NCBI GenBank assembly: GCA_049971805.1
Contig: JBMFKU010000018.1
Location: 1-28,390 of the forward strand
Length of the DNA stretch: 28,390 bases
Direction of reading: 5' to 3'
From: Caldisphaera sp.
GTDB taxonomy: Archaea; Thermoproteota; Thermoprotei_A; Sulfolobales; Acidilobaceae
Shown here piece after piece: positions 28,225 through 28,390 of the stretch (its first letter is position 1; the number at the start of each line of letters is the position of its first letter). The position numbers and the translations under genes were made by a program. The notes beneath the pieces are model-generated. The model was not told the origin of the DNA. It did no database searches and saw nothing but the letters and a program-made list of their open reading frames with translations.

Positions 28225-28390
28225 TGATAAAATAAACGACAAATCTTGTCATTTTAAGGTGAGGTAAAGTTTAAAGTTTGTTCTAAAAATAATTAGATAT
28301 GAATAGCTATCAAGGGTATTCTTCACTATATGAGGTAGGCCTCTACTCGTTGCCAAATTAAAGAAAAAGGAGGGCGAGATTTCTCTCTTA
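28225..28390 (+). mobile_element. Family B IS200/IS605 mini-element, cut by the window end
   Basis: TGAT|AAAATAAACGACAAATC...GGTAAAGTTTAAAGTTTGTTCTAAAAATAATTAGATA...GTATTCTTCACTATA...CCAAATTAAAGAAAAAGGAGGGCGAGATTTCTCTCTTA is colinear with the reverse complement of 4312-4471. Confidence 0.85.

Noticed and set aside
1-28390. CRISPR array, tRNA or rRNA genes
   Set aside because: I found no regularly spaced direct repeats and no cloverleaf or rRNA-like sequence by eye.

Overview
AT-rich archaeal DNA, probably a thermoacidophilic Thermoprotei genome. This is inferred from GGTG/GAGGTG ribosome-binding motifs, an archaeal-type GTP-PEPCK, a C/D-box sRNA and Sulfolobales-like IS200/IS605 ends. It is an accessory catabolic region. 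It carries the C-terminus of a 4-hydroxybutyryl-CoA dehydratase/HpaB-family gene, pckG, and a decaying acetoin/2-oxoacid dehydrogenase cluster (frameshifted E1alpha-beta fusion, stand-alone lipoyl domain, acoX, plus unannotated OsmC and E2-catalytic remnants). It also has two paralogous membrane-anchored penicillin-acylase-family genes, each followed by a small membrane protein, an amidohydrolase, a nitrilase-family hydrolase, an MFS/CitE/CaiB organic-acid module, an MBL-fold protein, a radical SAM protein and an SDR pseudogene. The intergenic DNA holds many non-autonomous IS200/IS605 derivatives of two families (TGAC- and TGAT-preceded). Two ~330-360 bp mini-elements have lost tnpB but share a 146-bp identical omegaRNA-like scaffold. 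One of them is inserted at box D of an unannotated C/D-box guide sRNA. All homology calls come from motif recognition, not database searches.
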